A stretch of 64,000 bases of DNA from Haliotis cracherodii (taxonomy: Eukaryota), in assembly GCF_022045235.1 (NCBI RefSeq), contig NW_027266273.1:18228001-18292000 (forward strand), given 5' to 3'. Made by a program: the position numbers and the translations under genes. Shown piece by piece: positions 61,819-64,000 of this stretch. The stretch's first letter is position 1. Every line of letters begins with the position of its first letter. Under the pieces are notes generated by a model. That model searched no databases. It was given only the letters and a program-made list of their open reading frames with translations, and was not told the origin of the DNA.

Positions 61819-63320
61819 TTTATTCGGTATTTTAGGCCACATGGCCATTGTACAGTTGACATTTTCAGTTTCATTTGTTTAGTCACGTGATATACATGAT
61901 ATATAAAAACTATCTGACAAAGAATATATGTTTCAACAATATGGCTAATAACCGTATAACAGCAGAGTTCTTGGATTCTATAAGACTGGTCATTAACATC
62001 TTGTTTTTGTGCCTATTGTTAAACTTCGGAATATACTTTTCTCTAAGATGTTCATACTTATCACATACTAATAAAACATGAAATTCATCCTCACAGATAC
62101 CCATTTCAACGTCCCTTTTTCACATCTACGTCTAAAATTTACACAATTTACTAAATTGTGTAATGACACTCTGAATTTACATAATTCCCTAACAAGCGAT
62201 TTATCATCTAACATACATATATACTTCCCTGGTTCTATAGCAGACTTGATATCCTTGTAATTGCTCAGGAATCGAGAAGAAGATAGTATTATACTGTCAT
62301 GCCAGTTTTGACTATACATATCCTGTAACCTTTGTTTAAAAGAGTATAAGAACCAATTTGTAACCCCTACATCTTGGGATAGCCACATGAAAATAATAAA
62401 TATGACATTGGACACCCAATTCGTTTTGCCTTTGTCATCAAGAGCTTTCAGTAGTTTAAAATATTGGTAATGATATCTTTGCGGCTCCATCCTCAGTAAT
62501 GTTAACCAATATTTTGTCATTCGAAGTTGAAGTCGAAGTCCTGTTTCACCTAAAATAGCATATTTTCCAGCCATTACAAAGCGCTTAAAGTAGGAAGCAT
62601 GTACTTTTTCAATAGCGTCATTATATTTATATAGCAAGATTGGCGCGATTTTGCCGTCAAATATAGTACACGCTGTAGAAAAGGATACATGTATATTTTG
62701 CTTGAAAAAGGTATAGATAGGTTAATTGTTTTTGATGCTTGCGATGCTAAATGTTTGCACGCAACTGACCATGATAGTATAGATGATTGCGTCAGGCTAA
62801 ATATTTATAGTATGTAACAATTTTTAAGGCGATAATACTATATGTCCATTTTTCATTTTTGGCAATGATACCTCCATTTCTAAAAGCAATTACATTTGTT
62901 TTTGACAAATTAACTTCCAATCCCATCTACTGCAAAAAGAATGTAATACATTCAATTGTTTCTGTAGACCATTAACAGAGTATGAAAACATTTGTAATAT
63001 CATCAGCAAATAGAAGTAACATTAAATCTCTAATATCTTGTGTGACAAACACACCATGATGACATTCGTTATATATTTCTGTCACGAGCTCATTAATGAA
63101 AACAATGAATAAAACTGGACTTAATATACATCCCTGGCGTACACCACTAGATGTTAAGAAGCACTGTGTCCTACCAGATTGTCTTTACCGATGAATATAT
63201 ATATTTTTTAGAACTAGAAACAATTTCCCATCAGATCATTTGGTAAGAAGAAATATAAAAAAAATTCTCTATCCACATAATCGAAAGCTTTTTTTAAATC
63301 TAAAAATGCACAAAAAACGG
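61784..63320 (-). mobile_element. LINE RT/3' fragment (L2/Crack/Daphne-like) with a (TATG)n tail
   Basis: KAFDYVDR, GVRQGCILSP.LF, LLLFADD, LEVNLSKT, DEFHVLLVC; AATAAA followed by the (TATG)n tail at 61784-61824. Confidence 0.88.
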
Positions 63321-63329
63321 TGATACTTT

Positions 63330-63420
63330 GACAAGTCAGTGTGTCTGACCACCCGAGTTAGTCGCCTCTTACGACAAGCATGGGTTGCTAACGATCAATT
63401 CTAACCCGGATCTTCACAGG
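63330..63420 (-). mobile_element. SINE family A 5' fragment
   Basis: Reverse complement of GTGAAGATCCGGGTTAGAATT...GTCGTAAGAGGCGACTAA. Confidence 0.8.
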
Positions 63421-64000
63421 CTAAATGGCTTTTCTAATACAACATCTTACCGCGGTGTCAATTTAGTAATAGTATACATTTTATTACTATATAAAAAAAA
63501 AATGATAAGGGATATTTATTTGCAACTTATTTAGGTCGATGCCACAGTGTCTCCTTCGTGTGGTTGTGCTCAGCCAGGATGCGGAGATATTCTCCAACAG
63601 ATCTTCCACTTTTTGACATGCTTGTCCTGGGTGTGTTTAACGATGTTTCTGTTGAAGACATGTCCACCAAGGAGTATCTGAACCTGTGCTGTACGCCCCG
63701 TAACAGAGCCATGCTGATGTCGTAAGTCATCCCTAATTGTTCCTTTGTGGGTTACAATCCACTTCCACTTGCTAGTGATTTCGCAGGCAATTCTCAAATG
63801 TGTAGATGTCTTCTTTATATGGTACCTGTAAAATGTTCACCCAAATGAGTTTGTTTATTAACATTTAAAAAGGAAATATACGTATAAAAAAGATTTATTT
63901 CCTTATTGCATTGACCTCAATCAAATAGGAAATAAGAAAGGCTTATAAACATGCTTCAAACACGTATGATTCTAATAATAATTTCAACCACACACTACAT

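Noticed and set aside
63527-63828. Exon-like minus-strand segment with His/Cys motifs
   Set aside because: Stops in every frame and no confident family assignment; context is cut by the window edge.

Overview
AT-rich, repeat-dense eukaryotic (invertebrate) genomic DNA. The SINE repertoire most resembles abalone (Haliotis, gastropod mollusc), which is an inference from recalled sequence. Two tandem, intronless GT61 glycosyltransferase ORFs sit in the centre (36058-37347 and 41113-42396, minus strand). Their motifs match plant N-glycan core beta-1,2-xylosyltransferase (XYLT) closely. On both sides, pointing outward, is a family of three-exon PAN/apple + non-canonical C-type-lectin genes: copy A (exon 1 only in the window), copy B (apparently intact, possibly chimeric), copy C (intact), copy D (pseudogene) and one orphan pseudo-exon. 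The rest is mostly mobile-element debris: a Gypsy pol remnant, four SINE families (several with target-site duplications, TSDs), Tc1 DD34E elements and MITEs, a Crypton-type tyrosine-recombinase element with terminal hairpins, Penelope-like, Nimb/I-like and L2/Crack-like LINE fragments, a foldback element and simple or tandem repeats. All calls come from reading the sequence; no database searches were run.
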